Shown in pieces: positions 24,244 through 25,389 of a DNA stretch of 25,389 bases. The stretch lies in assembly GCA_028702365.1 (NCBI GenBank), contig JAQVOZ010000001.1, positions 1-25,389 on the forward strand. The letters are read 5' to 3'. Numbering within the stretch: position 1 is the first letter of the stretch; every line of letters starts with the position of its first letter. This DNA is from Candidatus Omnitrophota bacterium (GTDB taxonomy: Bacteria; Omnitrophota; Gorgyraeia; Duberdicusellales; 4484-171). Below the pieces are notes generated by a model, which saw only the letters and a program-made list of their open reading frames with translations, was not told the origin of the DNA and made no database searches. Made by a program: the position numbers and the translations under genes.

Positions 24244-25169
24244 ATTTTTTTAAGCTCCTTCTTTAGGGCATTTTTCATCTCTTCAACAGGCGCTGATTTT
24301 TTTACCCAAAATTCAAACGCATACACGCCCTGGTACAATAACATACCCAGCCCACAGCAAGCCTTAAGCCCTGATGATTTTGCATCTTCAACTAACCGCG
24401 TTTGCCTGTTATAAACAACGTCGTAGACATACAAATCTTTGTGAAAAGCGTTCTTATTTACAACTGAAGTATTCCCTTCTTTCATGCCAACAGGCGAAGC
24501 ATTAACTAGCAGGTTGCTTTGTTTTATTGTATCAGAAATTTGCCCCTCCGGGATAAATTCTAATTTTTTTTCCAAATACGGATAACTGGCAAAATAGGCT
24601 GAAAAATGCTTTCTGGCTGCGTCAAGAGCTTCCTTGCTTTTATCATATATGAATATTTTGTCCACCTCTAAGCTTTGTTCGCTTAAAGCTGCGATAACTG
24701 CCCTGCCTGCTCCGCCACAGCCTATAACCAGCGCGCAGCAGCCTGAAGGGTTAAATTGGAGTTCTTCTTTCAAAGACATCAAAAAACCAGGCGCGTCTGT
24801 ATTCGTGTAGGCTAAGTTACCATTCTCTCTTTTTACTGTATTTATTGCTCCGGATAATTCTGAATAGAAAGGATTTTCGTTTTTTGCATTGACATATTTT
24901 TTTAAGATCTCTTTAGCCCTGACTTTATGCGGAATAGTTATGTTAAATCCGATGATGTCGCCTGCACGGAAAATATTACCTTTTGTGTCTTTGAATTCTT
25001 TTTCCGGCTTTAGCAGAAAATCTTCCAAGCCTTGCGGGTTTATCTCAAACAATCTGTACTCTGCATTTATCGCGAGTTTTTTAAAAGCTGCTGCGTCCAT
25101 GGCGGGAGAAAAACTGTGCTTAACCGGAAACCCTAAGAGCCCATAGATTTCGGGATTTTTTTTAGCCAT
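24237..25169 (-). CDS. aroE: Shikimate dehydrogenase
   Basis: GFPVKHSFSP, GFNITIPHK, GAINT, NTDAPG, GCGGAGRA, VNASPVG, DVVY, GLGMLLYQG. Confidence 0.95.
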   Translation of the reverse strand: MAKKNPEIYGLLGFPVKHSFSPAMDAAAFKKLAINAEYRLFEINPQGLEDFLLKPEKEFKDTKGNIFRAGDIIGFNITIPHKVRAKEILKKYVNAKNENPFYSELSGAINTVKRENGNLAYTNTDAPGFLMSLKEELQFNPSGCCALVIGCGGAGRAVIAALSEQSLEVDKIFIYDKSKEALDAARKHFSAYFASYPYLEKKLEFIPEGQISDTIKQSNLLVNASPVGMKEGNTSVVNKNAFHKDLYVYDVVYNRQTRLVEDAKSSGLKACCGLGMLLYQGVYAFEFWVKKSAPVEEMKNALKKELKKIC

Positions 25170-25197
25170 TCTGATTTTAAGCTGGATATTTTATGAA

Positions 25198-25389
25198 TCA
25201 ATTTTCAAACTTAACGTCGACAATGCTCCAGAAGTAATTCCAGTGTCCGGCAGCAAGAGAGTTAAACATTGGGAAACGGTCGCGAAGGAAACCTTCAATT
25301 TCCTCTTTACTGTGGTATCTTTTTCCGCCATAATTACTTTTTTTGTCATAAACAGGGTCATAGATAAACGACCAAAAATTACTCCAGTC
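25198..25389 (-). CDS. C-terminal end of a hypothetical protein (partial)
   Basis: Open frame from the window edge: DWSNFWSFIYDPVYDKKSNYGGKRYHSKEEIEGFLRDRFPMFNSLAAGHWNYFWSIVDVKFEN, TGA at 25200-25198. Confidence 0.65.
   Translation of the reverse strand, partial: DWSNFWSFIYDPVYDKKSNYGGKRYHSKEEIEGFLRDRFPMFNSLAAGHWNYFWSIVDVKFEN

Noticed and set aside
2710-25146. Numerous short plus-strand ORFs antisense to identified genes (e.g. 8381-8719, 12602-12973, 19043-19381, 22135-22443)
   Set aside because: Shadow frames of well-supported minus-strand genes, without SD sites or motifs.

Overview
AT-rich bacterial chromosomal window, gene-dense and almost entirely on the minus strand. The gene content (OmpA/LysM and PG-binding lipoproteins, aroE-pilD-aroC, a 'TYYPAP' secreted protein) suggests a diderm such as Omnitrophota/PVC; this is inference only. 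Housekeeping parts: partial tilS, B12-binding radical SAM, a radical SAM-yggS-MBL hydrolase-lipoprotein operon, mannose-1-P guanylyltransferase, tRNA-Phe(GAA), a PilZ protein, three peptidoglycan-binding envelope proteins, aroC, pilD, aroE. The standout is an ~8.5 kb cluster (7193-15736) just downstream of tRNA-Phe. It combines a His-Xaa-Ser-system-like RiPP module (HxsD, HxsD-like, a single HxsB radical SAM) and a 98-aa precursor with a Flp/type IV pilin-like leader and His-Xaa-Asn motifs. It also holds a second A24 prepilin-type peptidase, a Cys-rich exported protein, a tandem GNAT and a minimal type II PKS-like set (KS with Cys, chain-length-factor-like KS with Gln, ACP). This may be an undescribed pathway for an acylated, radical-SAM-modified pilin-like peptide. 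Non-coding signals include a 27-bp duplication of the tRNA-Phe 3' end, twin CsrB-type CAGGAAG hairpins with compensatory changes, and several REP/MITE-like palindromic elements. All family assignments come from motif recognition by eye; no searches were run.
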